Below, in pieces: positions 1 through 15,000 of a stretch of DNA of 64,000 nt. Each line of letters begins with the position of its first letter. Positions within the stretch are counted from its first letter, which is position 1. The stretch is taken from assembly GCA_964354585.1 (NCBI GenBank), contig CAYHAI010000052.1:6283-70282 (forward strand), written 5' to 3'. The notes beneath the pieces were generated by a model. That model did not search any database and had not been told where the DNA came from. It saw only the letters and a list, made by a program, of their open reading frames with translations. This DNA comes from an uncultured Planctomycetales bacterium (GTDB taxonomy: Bacteria > Omnitrophota > Gorgyraeia > Gygaellales > Profunditerraquicolaceae). Made by a program: the position numbers and the translations under genes.

Positions 1-3000
1 TGCCTGCCTCTGCGCCCACAGCAAGCTTTCCTAAATTAAATCTTACTCCTGCCGATGGAAATACCTCTTCGTTCTTACCCCAAAGGTCATCTACGCCTTC
101 GCTAATTCTATTGGCAGCCAAAGTTAAAATTACCTTCTTTGATTCTTTTTCATAGACTTTTATTTCCGCGGTTAACTTCTGATAATTATATGCGTCATTG
201 ACTTTCAGGCGCGTCGGTGATACTTCTATCACATCATAAGTTAAGAAATCAATGATACGCGCTCCGGAGGGCTCTTTACTTTGGGCAATACCTGCGCCCG
301 CATCAAGAACCAAAGCCACGCGCGGAAGCATATCATATCTTACTGTCCCTGCTACTGCTGCTACGCTACTTCTGCCTTGCGCCTCGGTTTCTATTAAACC
401 GGTTATGCCCAGATAAATCTTTTCATTGGCCTGCCAACCAAAACTATCCACAATCAGATAATAATTCCTCTTCTCCATCTTGCCGGTTTCTTTATCCTTT
501 TCTCCATCCCAACTGGTGAGGTATCTTTCCCGGCTTTCTACGCCAAAGAGAAGATTATTCAACCATTTTGCCTGTTCAGGCTCAAGCCGCAGGCCTACCA
601 CCACATATTTGCGGCTAGGAGCATCCTTGGCATTACCTTGCACTGAGCCCACATAAGCATCAATACCAATACTATTTAAGAATCTCACTAAATCATAGGC
701 GGCTAATTGCGTGGAGACGGAGAAGTCACTTTCTTTACCGTGCTGGGGAGAGAATCTTGCTTCGGCAACCTGTTTCATATCTCCCATAAAGATTAAAGGC
801 TGGATATCGGGACGGGAAGGAACAAGAATTTTCTCACCTACTTTCACGATCAAAGGCGGACTGCGCTCTAAGAGCTTAAAGACGCTGGTTAATTGGGGAA
901 TAATGCGTTCTTGCGCTTGCGGCTGTAGGTTACCATTATCTTTTATATAATTTTCTACTGACTTTCCTAAGCCCTTCACCTTCTCGTTATATTTCTTTAA
1001 ACTTTCTGCGTATGCTTGATAAGCCGTTTCGGCAGCCTCTTTAGATTTATTAGCAGCTTGCTTTGCCTTATTTATCTGGCTGATGGCTTCTAAGCGGTTC
1101 TTATTTATCGCTGCCATGCTATGCAGGTCTTGCATTATCCTATTCCAAGGCGTACGGCCAAATCCGGAGCGCGCTTCTACTGTGACCAAGGCTTGCTCTA
1201 CCTGCTCTCTAATCCAATTCTGATATAGTTTAAGTTTCTCTAATTTATCGCCAAAATATTCTTCTAACGCGCCTTGTGTTTCTTCGATGAGCGTCTTGCG
1301 TTCAGTATAAATAGCGATTTCTTTTTCGCGGTTAGGTATCTTGCGCGCCACTACCTCAGCCGGCGTCTCAGAGGCGCCATCAGTGAGTTGATACTGCTCA
1401 TCTTTGGCTAATTCCGGAACTAAGTAATTAACTAAATATTCTCTTTCTGCGGCCAGATTATTTATCCAACGGTTGGCTAATTCTTCATGTTTTCCATGTG
1501 CTAAGGCTCCTTTCCAATAGTTCGTTTCTTCAGTAATTCTGTTTAAACGACCCATCTTCTGGGTATAAGTCGGATCCTGGTCATCCTCATAGATATATCT
1601 TCTTATTTCTGGTATAGTGTGTATCTTAGATTCATCAATGGCTGTGTTGGGGTCATCTGTGAGTTGCTGAAGCGGGAAAAGCGGCAGACCTTTGTAACTG
1701 GGCAAGACTAAAGCCTTGATTGCCTGGAGGGAATCTATCCGGTTATTCCAGACTTCAATTTCTTGGGTGCGTATGGTCTTCTTTCTGGCAATTAATTGCT
1801 GAATACTCTCAGAAGCACCTTCAGTCAGCTGATATTGTTCATCTTGATTAACTTCCTCCAATACGGCATTGCCATAAGCAAGCTCTGAGGTTAAACTATC
1901 CATTATCTTCTGAAATGCCTGCACTGCCGCAGGATAATTATTAAATATAGTCTGTTGCCTCTGCCAATAAGGCGTCTCTTCATTTTGAATTCTGGCTAAT
2001 CTTCCCATCGTCTGGGTGGCATCGGGGGAGTCGTCATCGCTTAACCAGTATTTTCTTATTTGCGCTACAGTATAAATTTCCGGATGCCCGGCAACGGGAT
2101 TGATGGGAATAATCTTAAGATTCTTATAGCCGGAAACTAAGAGGTCCCTTAAAGCATCCAGGGCATTTAACCTTTGTGACCAAAGATTAATCTCTTGACT
2201 CCTTATCGCCTTCTTTCTGGCGATTAGTTCTGAAATAGTCTCAAAGGCGCCAAGGGTCTGTTGATAACGTGCATCCCTATTGGCTTCATCTAAAACTGCA
2301 TTACCATAACTAAGTTCGGTATTTAAACTGCCTATCATTGACTGCACTGCTGCCTTCTGCTCATCCGTAGCATTGGGGCTGTTGTATTCTTTCTGCCAAT
2401 AAGGCAGGTCTTCATTTTGAATTCTGGCTAATCTTCCCATCTTTTGTTTGGCACCGGCTAAGTGGTCATCGTTTGACCAATAATCTCTTACTTGCGCTAC
2501 AGTAGGAACTTCGGGATGGCCGTCAACGGGATTGATAGGGATAAGCCGAAGATTATCCTCTGGCCCGGTGTTCCAATAATTGAGTTCGCTTTCGGCATTG
2601 GCTTGCTTTGTCTGGGTATCGGTTATCCAATTGTCTTTGACGTCATAGGGATTGCTTACTGGTTCGCTTATTTCGCTATTCCAATAATTGAGTTCGCTTT
2701 CGGCATTGGCTTGCTTTGTCTGGGTATCAGTAATCCAGCTATCTTTTACCTCATAAGGATTAGCCATTGATTGGCCTATATTCTTTAACTGCGCTAATCC
2801 TTCCTCTGCCTCTTTTAGGCGCGCCTCTAAATCGGCTGTGGAGTCCTTAAGTTTATCAATAAGTTCTTGCACCTTTTGTTCCTGAAAGGCAAAATATTTA
2901 TCCAATAATTCTTTCATTGCTGCCTTCGGGCCGATTTCTTTAGCGCGGGCTTCCATCTCCTTACATAACTGCTTATAAACCTTATCCATTTCCAAGGCAA

Positions 3001-6000
3001 TCTGGTCTATCCATTGATAGATATAGAGCTTAGAATCCATCTTAATCTGCAGTTCTTCTAAAGAACGCATCAGGTCATTGAATGACCTTCCTGTCTGCTC
3101 TAAAGATGTGCCTCTTAATTTCTTTTCCGTATTTAACCAACTAAGTTTATCTTTCTCAAACTGTGTTTGCGCCTTAATAAATTCTTCTCTTTGGACTTTT
3201 AACTGCTCTTGAATGGCCTTGAGCTGGTTAATCCTCTCCTGCATCTGGCTATCTAAGTTAATCCCTACACCGGCTAACTGTCTATCCAAATTGCTGAGGT
3301 CAGTAAAATCCAATTGCGAAAGCACAGAATAATTGAATGTATCTGTGGTCTCTGGTTTAAATTGCTCCCTCTTAACTTCTTGGGTAAAAGGAACTCTATC
3401 TTTGTAGACTTTTAGCCTGCCATCGGCAGTAATCTCAGCAGACAAAACGCCTTCTTCTTGCATCTTTTTATAAATATCTTCCGCATTTACTCCGTATTCT
3501 ACAACGCCAAATTCGCCCTCCTTTAAACCAAAACCTGACCTAAGAATCGCTACTTGCGGCTTGCCGGGTTCATTCTGGATATCTATCCTGGCTATCTCGG
3601 CATTATTTCTATCTTTGTCTTTGTAACTGATAGTTGCCTTCTGGCCATCTTCCAGCAATTGAATATTTAACTTGCGCACTTCTTCGGGAGTATAAAGATA
3701 AGCAGTGCCATAAGACGTAATTACTCTGGCTAAAGGTAGGCCGGTGAGACTATCGGGTTTAGGGACTAAAACTCCGATGCGCCCCTTGCTGCCTATGATA
3801 TCTTGCGGGATTATCTTTATGTCTTGCGGCCAGATAAACTCGGTATCGCCAATCTTTACTTTGATATCCGCAGGTAAATCTTTTACCTTAGTATCCAAAG
3901 ATAAACTTTCTTTTAAGCTCTTTTGATACTGAGAAATTTGGTTTAACTCATCAAAAATAGGTGTTGAACCTAAAAATTTCAACGTCAGAATATCTTGGCC
4001 CTGTTCGGTGTCAAAGATAAGCAAATCTGCCTTAATCTGCTGCCACTCTTCACCGTACATCTTTCTCTGCATCCAATAACTATATTGGCTAGCCACTGGG
4101 CTATAAATTGCCACTCCTAAAATGGGTGTTTTGTCCTGGCGATAACCATAGACATAGGGAAGAACTTCTGTATTCACTTTCTTACACAGGTCTAAATTCA
4201 TCTGCGTGCGCTCTGGCAATTCCTGTAGAGCGCTTAGAGGCATGTTAAAAGGCGAATAGAATATCTTTTCTACATCACCGGTAATAGGATTAACTACTCC
4301 GCCAAATATAGTGCGGCCTTCATGATCCTCACCGCTATAAATCATACATTGTTTCTCTAGGTTATCCAGCATCCAGGCCGAAGGAATGATATAAACGTTA
4401 TTTTCCTCTAACCAAAGGCCGAATTTCTTACAGAATTTCTTAGTCAATGGCTCAGCAAATCCTTCGGGCTGGTAGAACCACCTCTCACGAAAGGCTAAAT
4501 ATTTCTTCGGTTGCTTTAAGTTCGTTAAATCATAAAAATATCCTTCGGCATATTCACCATTGCGTTTAATCATATAAAGATGGTTTCTGTCCATATCCTG
4601 CGGCGCCAGCCGGGAAAATAATATTGCATTCTTGCCAAATTTTACAACCGCCTGATATTCTGCTTTTTCCCAAGGCGCTTGATTATTCGGGTCGCCAAAG
4701 AGTCCACCTATAAGCGGAAATCTTCCCAAGGTTTCTTCGGGGATAGATTTGATAATCCTAGCCGGGGTCAGGCCTAAGTAATCGGCTACTTTTTGCAATT
4801 CTCTCGGTTCTTGATTATCAATCTCAGAATTAGGAATAAATCGATTTTTAATCAATAATCCGAAAAATTCAGCTTCGTTGGGAAGCCATACTCCGCCGTT
4901 TCCTTCGTCTCTTCCTTCAGGGTCAAATTCATTATCCAGCAGAAGATTGCGCACCCCCAATATTGCCTCGGGAAGGAAAACATAAGTTAAAGGAGTTACA
5001 TTCTTCTGGGCTACTCCTAAGCCCATCTGCACCAGATTAGCTGGTTCTTGGAGTTGACTGGGTACGGCTAAACTCAGCATAAAGTTACTGCCCAGTTCCT
5101 GAGAAAAGATGCTTCCAATAGGAGAATATTGATAACCTATGCCAATAAAGAGATTGGATTTGGGTTGTTTGAAATTTATCTTCTTCTGTTCTGCCAGATT
5201 TGCGCCTGCTAATCTCTCCGGGCCAAAGAACCTCGCCATCCCATAACTATACAGATAGCCCTCTATCGCCTTCTGATATTTTTCTTGTGAAACCCAAGTC
5301 AGGTTATCGAACCTCTCCAACGATTCTCTTAATTTTTTATTTTTTTCTTCTAATTCTTGCTGCTGCTTATCTATTTTTGCTTTTCTTTCTGCCAGTTCCT
5401 GCTCTGCCTTTAATACTTCATAGCGGCGGGTCAATACATTTTCTCTCAGCGCCTTCCTGCTTTTCTCTTCAGGATTTTGCGGCTCAATTGCCCTATTTTT
5501 ATTTATCTCGTTAATCACCTGGTTTATACCAACTTGAAGGTTAGCGCCCTCTTCTGGCTCCAGCCATTTATTAGCCAAATTAACCAAATCATCTAATCTA
5601 TTACCAATTGACTGCGGTAGGCCTGCAATAGCTTGAATCTGCTGTTGGATATCCTGGATTTGCTTTTCTAATCCCTGAATCCTTAGCTCTCTTTGGGCAA
5701 TACACTCCTTGGCCTCGGCTATCTTTTTCTCAACTTCATCAAGTTTTGCTTTCAGTTCTGCTTCGGTTTGAGGCACAACTCCCAACATTGTCGCCAAAGC
5801 AGCATTATAGGCAGCATTGGCAGCTGCAGTGGGATAACCCTTAAATTCAAGGGCTTTCTGCTCGGATATAGCAGGAGAGATAAGTGAATTGAAGGCTGAA
5901 CCAATACGAAATCCAGTATTAACCGCAATATTTTGAGCAAAACGCTTAAACCATCCGGGTTGCTTTGTCTTAGGAGGACCTCTAATGTGAGGATTCTCCA

Positions 6001-9000
6001 TTCCTGCTTGCGTGACCTTTTCTGAATCAGCAGCCACCAACACACCATTAGATTCAGGCTTAATCACGGTAGCCGCCTCTTGCCCAAACATCACTGGCTG
6101 GGGCTGATTTGGCAAAACCTTACTCTGCGGGATGAGGGTTTCGGATTTTTGTTCAGTTTTTCCGCCGCCCAGCACGAAGGGACTAAAGTCCTTATCTATT
6201 AGATACATCCAGGAAGTGGAAGTAGTGCTCAACACATCCGGTGAATGTGAATTCCAGCCAAAAGGTATAGGCCCGCGCCTTGAACTATAAGAGTAGGCTA
6301 CTTTATCAGGGGCAACCTGATACTTATATGCATCTACGCCCTGACGCATAGATTTTTCGTCTTCTTTTACCTCTTTTGCCCAGTCAGGATGGGTTTTCTG
6401 ATAGTAGTCGGCAAGCGTGCGGCTGGCTAAAATAGCTCCGGCTGTCCATTCAATGGAAAGACGATCGTGTTCGCTGGTAAAACCAACACCGCAAAGCTTC
6501 TCATTTAAGTAATAACCTGCCAACTTTTTAGTTCCCTCCCACATCTTCATGGCTGAACCTTCACCAAACCATGAATCAATTAGTTTTGGCCCTAGCACAG
6601 CTATAGCCCAAGTCTGACAGTCGGTGGCAAAGTGCTCTTTATTAACTGTCCATTTACCTCCCCAGAACCTACCTTCCTGCCAATGCATACCCTGGTAAAA
6701 CGTCTTGGCATTAGAATCCCAAGCCTGCTTAAAATAGTTTTCGATCTTTCCCATAGCATTTTTATAGATTCCCTTGCCGGTTGCCTGATGCAACATTCTA
6801 AATGCGGCATACCAGGAAAGATTATTTTCTGTAGAGATTTCATTATAATACCAACTACGTTCTGTATCCGCATCCGTATAATGCGTTCCTATAGGCGCCA
6901 TACGAATACCGCCTACGTCAGACTGAAGTAACATTGCTGCCCGAGCAATCTCTTCTGCCAACGCAAGCTCAACCGAGTCCTTGGGAGCGGGATTATAATT
7001 TTCGGTCTTGATATTGTAATATTTGGCGTGATAAAGCTGCAAGGCAGCCATGGTTACCCAGGCATTTTCTCCGGCAATCGGTTTCCAGTCCTCCCAGTGA
7101 ATGGTCGGCCAAGTGGGGAATCCTTGCATTTCGGTTTTATTGTCAAGCGGGTCGGCTAAATTATACCGACCGTCAGCCGATATAATCCTGAAGATAAAGC
7201 CTCTTTTCCCTTTATCGCGGAAATAACCGGAGATGGTATTCGGATTATCTTTATCGTAGATAAATTCTTGGACTTTGCTCCCTTTCTGAAAACCAGCTCG
7301 AATAGAATCTAAAACAGAACCTCTCCAATAGATTTCAACCGGAACGCTTGCCTTTGCCACATTGTCCTTGTTGTCTGAGGCGATCAAAGCCATCTGCCAG
7401 CAAGCACCGTCATAAATTTCTAACCCATAGGCGACAATAAGGCGTTCGATAATTGCCTCTACAGTATTGGTTGGGCCTATCTCTTGATAAACTTTATTTT
7501 CTTGCCCTTTGCGCACTTGGAAACTATAAGGCAAGCCGCTATCAGCACAGATACTATTTTCCAACCACTTGAGTGCTTCATTACTCTCCCCTATTGCTAC
7601 AGTGGATAAAAGCTGGCCTAATACAAGGGCATCATTACTTGCCGCGGCAAACTGAATGGGCCTTCCGTCGGGATAACTAAGGTGCAAAATATCGTTGCTC
7701 TGGGGCTCAAGGGTTTCGGATTTTGGCGCCCAAACCTGAGCCATTGCTGTAAGAACCTTCTTGGGTGTGCCATCAATTTTAACAAATCCCCAATATTCTT
7801 CCGAGAAACGGTCTCCTGCATTGGGTCCCGACAGACTGCTAATTCCGTGCTTATCCTGTTGTTTGGGATTGCCTGCTTTCCACCACTCATCCTGCCAAGT
7901 CATAAAGGTTACACCCGCACAAATATCTTTACCTTGATCAATCGCCTCCCATATCGCCACATTTGCCTTGGCCTGAGCATCTTCATCTTCTTTTGCTTCA
8001 GCATCATTAAGGGAATCAATGCCTGTCTCCGAGATATACATCGGTTTATTGGAAATCTCACGCCACTGTTCAAAAGCAGAAGTAATATCTATACCACGGT
8101 ACATATTCAGACCCCAAACTTGCACCGATGGGCACTTATTCACAATCTCTGCCTCAGGCACTTCACCATGAGCAGTTGATACGGGATGACGAGAATCTAA
8201 CTGTCGTGCTGTCTTAGCTGCATTTTCTAATATCGGATACCAATTATTTACATTTCCGCCAAACCACTCAGGATGATAATTATATTCATTACCGAACTCC
8301 CACATTAAGATTGCCGGATGCGCTTTAAATCTTCTTATATAATCTTTGTAGCCGCCTCCTTGAATATCCGCTCCCGGACTAAATCTGTCATCGTAATTAG
8401 GAAAGTTCACAATCACTCTGATGCCGTGCTGTGCAAAAGTGTCTAATAAATCTTTTTCCGCTGGAACATAGGTGCGCACAGTATTTATTCCCGCATTTGC
8501 CATCTTTTTGATGTTTTCTATTTTTACTGAACTTAAATTCAATACTAAATTCTGACGGTCTTGACCGCGAGGAACAGTGGATAAAGTTACGCCACGAATT
8601 TGGTAGGGTTTACCAGCTACTAATAATTGTCTATCTTGAATAGTTACAGGTTGGAATTGAAGAGGTGTTGCTTTTGCTTCAAGCAGTTCTACTTTAGGCT
8701 GCGGCTCTTTTGCTTTCTTTAACTCCCCTAATTGCTTAAGGATCCGTGTCTTTTCCTGCTCATATTTCTTTAATTGCTCTTGGTCCTGCCCAAGCGCCTT
8801 TGTTTCCTGAGCCAGTTCTGCCTCGAGATTAGCTAATTTGGCTTTAAGCCCCTCAACCTGCGGGGTTACTGTGGTTGAGGACGGTTCTATTTTTCCTGCC
8901 GGCGGGGCGGTGGCATCATAAGCTTTTACCTGCGGATTAACAACATTTTCTTGATTAGTCGGATTAATCTGGCTATTATTTGCATCGGATTTAATTTCTA

Positions 9001-12000
9001 TGTCTTTAACGGTTTGGGCGGCTAGCTGTTTGCCTATACCGGAGTTAATGGCCGTGTTCGAATCCTCGACAATCGGTTTTTCTTTGGGCATGGCCGGGAG
9101 TGCTGGATTAGCTTCAGAAGCAACAGCAGTTAAGATTGTTTTTACTGCCTTAGGGAAGAATCCTTCGAAATCTATATGTTCGGCTGTATCTTTTGGCCCA
9201 TTAAAATATGTATTTTCTGCTCTCAGCTCTTCTGCTGTATCTTCGGCAATGACTATTGTAGGAATATTTTCTCTCTGGAATTCATCATCATCGCTGTCAT
9301 AACCGGAATCAGGAGAAATCTTCACGGCCAAATCAAGAACATGCTCCCTTATAGCGTCGGAGGCTCTTTGAATCAGCTCTTTAGATACTTCTGGATTACC
9401 CTTATCATACATCAAATCAATGTTTTCTAGTCCAGCCGTTTCTTTTTCTCCTTGATTATTTCCAATCATATCCACGATAAATACTCCAAGGATGTCTTGC
9501 TTTTCTTGTTCGGACAATTGTTCTAAATAGAATTTACTACCTAAATCACCTTCTTCCTCTCCGGTAAAGAAGGTAATTTCAATAGTATTTTCAAAACTAA
9601 ATTGGGAAAGAATTCTTGCGCCTTCTAATAAAGCGGCAACTCCTGTAGCATTATCATTAGCCCCTGGCCCACCCTCGCAGTCATAATGAGCGCCAAGAAT
9701 AACTTTCTTATCAGGATGCTTTGTCCCTGGAATCCTTACAATAATATTAGTTGCTGCGCCAATTAAAGAATTATCAACCAACTCACACGAAAATAGCTTT
9801 GGGAGGTTAAGTTCTGGGAGGTTTCCCTTGAACTTCTCAAAATCGAATTGTCCAGAAAGCTCTGCAGTTCCCCTTTCTGGCGCTAATGATGCAGATAAGT
9901 CATTTTTGATCGCATTTAAATGATATCCATGACCTCCGGATCTCAAAACCAATTCTCCCGTTATAGTAGTAGGATCGTCTATAAGAGTACCCCAATTACT
10001 TGAAAGATATTTCATATCACTTGGGCTCGTGCGCTTAAAGTCGTGCTCGCGCACTTTATATCCCTGTATAGTAAATCTCTGCAAGGTGTATCCCTTCTTA
10101 ATCTGATCCTCTGTCTGTTTTAATCCATATGCGTTTAACTGACCGACTATATATTTTTCGGCCGCTTTAATATTGTTAACATCTTCCGTGTATGTCTTTC
10201 TCTCGCCAATATTAGCCAAGTTTTCCACGTGCAATTTCAAGTTTTCTTTTGAGACAGCATTTTCTATAATAATTGGGGACGGTTCTATTTTTCCTGCCGG
10301 CGGGGCGGTGGAAGGATGGCCGAGAGATGCAAGTAACCTATTGAGCTCATTAAAATCTATAAGTGGCCTGCCTAACATATCTGGACCGGCTAATCCATAA
10401 TTACCGCCTAAGTAATAATTATTAGCACCCAAACCAAAAAGACTATTGCCATTCTGGCCAGAAGCAGCGTTATTGTTTGTAGAAGCATGGGTAATGCCGG
10501 CAAAACCCACAAGCGCTACCGCTGCCACAGCTATGCCGGCAGCAATTTTTAATGGGCTGAAGCGCGGCATCCTAACCGGCGCTACAATATCCTCTCTTAA
10601 CGCCGTGAAGGTATTACGCAGTTGCGACATAACTGTTTGTAAATCTAATAACTGCCTCCTGAAAGTATTTCTGATTTCTGCGAGTTTCTGCTTAATCGCT
10701 ATCTCTTTCTGCGCGGCTTTTTCGCGGCCCATCTTTATTCTGCGCCAAATCTTGGCTAAAAATCTCAGGGCTAAAGTGTAATCTCTGGCAATGTGGGCAT
10801 TGGTGGAGAGATACTGCCTGCATTTTATTTCTGCTAATACAGAATCAATGATTTTCTGACGGCCAGCGCTAATTTCCATCTCTGAAATATTCGCCGTATC
10901 TCCTCTGACAGTGCCCAATAATTTCTTCAATGTTTCGCAACTAAGGGTTCCTTTGGCAAGCTCCACAGCTTTTGCTTCATTGAAATCTCTCGCCATTTCT
11001 TTGAACAAGTAAGCTATGAGTATTCCCATGAACTTCTTTTCTCTTTCCTGTGATAGAGGCTGCTGATTATTGTGCGAAAGCAAATATTCCTTAATCCATT
11101 CGTAATAACCCTTGAATACCGTGTACATTAACCATTCAGCCGAGGAAGGAACGTCTTGTTTTAATAAAGAGTTATTTAATTCGGAGTTTCGGTTTATTCT
11201 CTCGCTTAGCTTATTTGCAAGATTCTCTAATTTGCCAATTCGTTTCAAGACATCTTCCTTATCAATTTCAGCGACTCTATTAACATCCGCCTTCAATTCT
11301 GCTAATATCCTGTTTATCTTGTCCAATCGCCCGAATAAGACTGCATTAGGTCCTTCAAGCAGAGATTCTTTAGCAAGATATGCTTCAATCTTGGGTATTA
11401 AATCTGCGTAAGGGGCTCTTAAACCGCTTAAGAATTTTAGCGACTGGCCGTTAAGATAGATTTTAGATTTCTTGCTTAATATCTTAACTAACCCGACTAC
11501 CGCAACCACTGTTCCTATAACCCCAACAATCCAGACCCAGGGAAGCGTAGCCACTACCGACACTAGCGCAGCTGTGCCATATGCTTTAACTGCCCACGCA
11601 GCCAACGCTAATACCACCCCTGCGCCAGCCAGACAAGGAACCATCTTATCTACCCAGGTAAAGCCGTTGGGGCGCTGGCGTGCCTTTACTGCCGCTCTAC
11701 AGTTATCCAAATAGTCTCTATAACCCTGCATATGTTTCTTGCCAAGCTTTGGACGATTATTCGATCCTCTCTCATAGTTTTTCAATAAAGCTTCGTAATC
11801 TTCCAATAAAGCCTTAGCCTGCGACCAGTTGGCTTGGTCTATTGCTTGCCTGATTTGTTTTCCTAACTCCTCCAACTCCACTATTATAACGTCCTTGCTA
11901 ATCTTGGGTCCTGCGGCTTGTGCTCCAGAAACGGAAGGAATTCCATTCCTATCTTTTTTGGCTTGGGCTATGGTTTGAGCAGTAGTAATGCAATTGTGTA

Positions 12001-15000
12001 GCTTTTCATATTTTCCTAATTCTTCCAAAAGTAATTTACGAACTTCTTCTGCTTCTGGTATACTCTTTAATTTATCGGATATCCTCAAAAGCTCAGAATA
12101 AATTACAACAAACTTTCCGACCATTTCTTTAATCTTATCCTTAGCGTTAACATTACCTGCTTGTATTAGTTGCGCTGCTACCTGCTGAAGCTGTTTTGTT
12201 CCTGTGAGAATTTTTTGCTGTAACTCTATTGTCTCTGTCATATTGGTGGCAGCTGGTTGAAAAGTGGGTTTTACTTTTTCCGGTTTTAATTCCTCAAGCC
12301 TAAGTATTACTTTGGCAAAATTATCTTTGAATTGTTCCGGATTCATTTTTCGTTGTTGCTCTTCAAGTATTTCTTCGGCTTGGAGATGCCCCGCTTTATA
12401 AGAATCCCAAAGGTCTTCTCTTTTTTCTGCTGTATTATTTAATGGTATTTCTTTTAATATGCTCTCAAGGCCTGAAATTATAGAGTTTATCTCGTTAATG
12501 GGTTCTTCGTCCGGGTTAAGCACACCTGTTATAATCGCCGCCATAGCGAAGAATCTTTCGCCTGCTGTCTTATCATGATACATATAAATCAAAACCGCTA
12601 AAACACTAATTATTAACCAGGGAAGCAAGCTAAATAAAGTCGAGCCGGCATCAGGGTTATGTTTTGCGCCATTTTGATTTTGCCGCCTGCGGTTCTGTTG
12701 GGCCTGTATCCCCTCATCAAGCAATGCATCTGATTTCTCTTTTGCCTTTTGCGCTTTTTCTCTGGCTAATGGAGTCCCGATATACTCATAATATCTGGCG
12801 GCTTGGTCAAATATAATGATCGCCTTTTCAGCTTCTCCGTTTTTACCATAATTCTCTGCAGTGTAATAAAGAATATCCGCCAAGGAATACAGAATTATCG
12901 GATTATCTGCACCCAAAATCCCTACCTGATGCATATATAAACCTTGCGCTTCTTCAGCTACAGCGATTCCTTTTTTGATATTACCTGCGCTAGCGTGAGC
13001 CCTAGCTAATCCCGCAAGAATAGCTATACTATCAACGGGATTTAGATCAGGAAGGTTATAAGTAGTTTCCCAAACTTCTGTGGCCTCAGCAACCTCTCCT
13101 TTTTCTAAAAGATCGCCGCCATAAGTTACGCAGGTCTCTTGAAAATCTGAGCTAATCGCCCTATTAAGCAGAGGAATCTTATATGCCTTATCCGAAGCCA
13201 CCCGATAGATTTCTAAGGCTTCGAAGGTGCTATTCGTTTTTCTAAACGCCCCGGCTTGAACGCAAAGCTGCTCAGCTTGGGCGGATTCTAACTTATATTT
13301 CGCCTCTTGTAAATAAACCTCTGCTACAGCATCGCCTTTACTTGCAGACTCAAGTAAAGGGACCGCATCTTTAAGCAATTTTATTTTTGCGATATGCTCT
13401 GATATATAATTACTATTTTGCAAATCCGCCAAGGCTAAATATGCCATACCCAACTCAAAGCTGATCTCTTGCCGCTTCTGGATATTCTCTGGCTCTTTGC
13501 GACTATTTCCTAAAAGACTACGCCCCTGCTCTAAGAATCCTACTGCCCTCCCTATCTTTCTCTTGAGTAACCCAACATTAGCTTTTCTGCCAGATAATAG
13601 AGCTTGAGCTTCTCTTAAGAATATCTTGCCCAAGAGAAGCTGAGTAGCAAAATCTTGAGCATAACGTTTTGAGTTGACAATATTTTTTGCTGCACGAATA
13701 GCCTCTTTATATTTGCCTTCGCTATAGAGCCTCTTTGCCCGCAAAAGGGCTATATACTCTATGTCACGCCCAACGTCTCCCTCGCTCCCTTCTGCGTTAG
13801 CAGGCACTAGCGGTATCATCGCGGCTAAAAAGCCAATACTTGCTTTAGGTTCACCTAACAAAGTAGAAGCCAAAACACCCAAGCCCGCGCCAATAATGAG
13901 TACCCAAGAAGTTCTCCTATTAGATGTGTGCTTAAGGCAATAATACAAAAGCCATACTATTCCAATAATTGCCACTATCACCAATATCTGTTGTTGGGTT
14001 AAGCCAAAGAAGACCTCTTTCTTCTTTGGACTAAATATCTTGAATAAAATACCCCCAATACCTAGATAAGACCAAATTGTGCCCCCGCCAATATGCGCGA
14101 TTAAATGAGCAATAGGCGGTATTAATGCCAGAGGGCTCTTTAAAATCTCACCCAAACCATGGGCTGCTTTGATACCGTGAATTGTTGATACGATATCGTC
14201 AAAGTAAAAATATAAAGCGCCTAAAATACCTATAGTCATTGCACCAACAATTAACCTCTTGAGACTGAAGTGACTCGGTTTTATCACGCTAAGTGTTACT
14301 GCCCGACCAACCGCCTCATTAAAATCCATATTACTTTTTCCGTCTTGGTAAGCTTGTTTACTATATCGCATAGCTTGTTTCCAGGTTATTCTCATTCCAA
14401 ATACTCTCTTGACAACCTTTGCCACTTCGCGTATTCGTTGCTCGAGATGGTTTATATCATTTTTTATATCCTGATTTTTATAGAGCCAGCCAGAAAAAAA
14501 TAAAATTATACCCACAGTTACTATTGCGATTATCTCATTTCTGCTTAAGTTTACCTGCCGCAGTGCTGGAACTGCAGCACCGCCTTTCAAAAGGAATAGG
14601 GCAGTTACAGTAGCGGCCGAAAGCAATATAATGGCTAATCTTTTGAGGCGAGCGTGGCTACGCTGTTTCAGGTAAAACCTTACTGCCCTGCCCACAGCTT
14701 GATAATTATTAATGCCCTTTCCTCCCTCTTGGAAAACCTGTTCAGTGATTTCTTTGGCTCTTTTTCTACTTATTCTTAATGCCTTCTTGACAATCGTGGT
14801 CACCTCGGATATCCTAAGATCGATTCGGTCTTTATCTTGATATTTTTCAAGAAGATAAGCTATAACTCCCATAAGGACAAAAATTGCTATCGCTATGCCT
14901 GCCCAAACACTACCTGATAGCCCTATAACACTTGCTTCTTGCGTAACCGCTGTTGAATCTTTAGCCAAAGCATCCCAGCCCGCTGCGCCAATAATCAAAG

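Noticed and set aside
2573-2790. Regularly spaced direct repeats that could be mistaken for a CRISPR array
   Set aside because: Only two 108-bp units. Both are in-frame coding duplications (NPYDVKDNWITDTQTKQANAESELNYWN) inside the giant gene. There are no spacer/repeat alternation and no cas genes.
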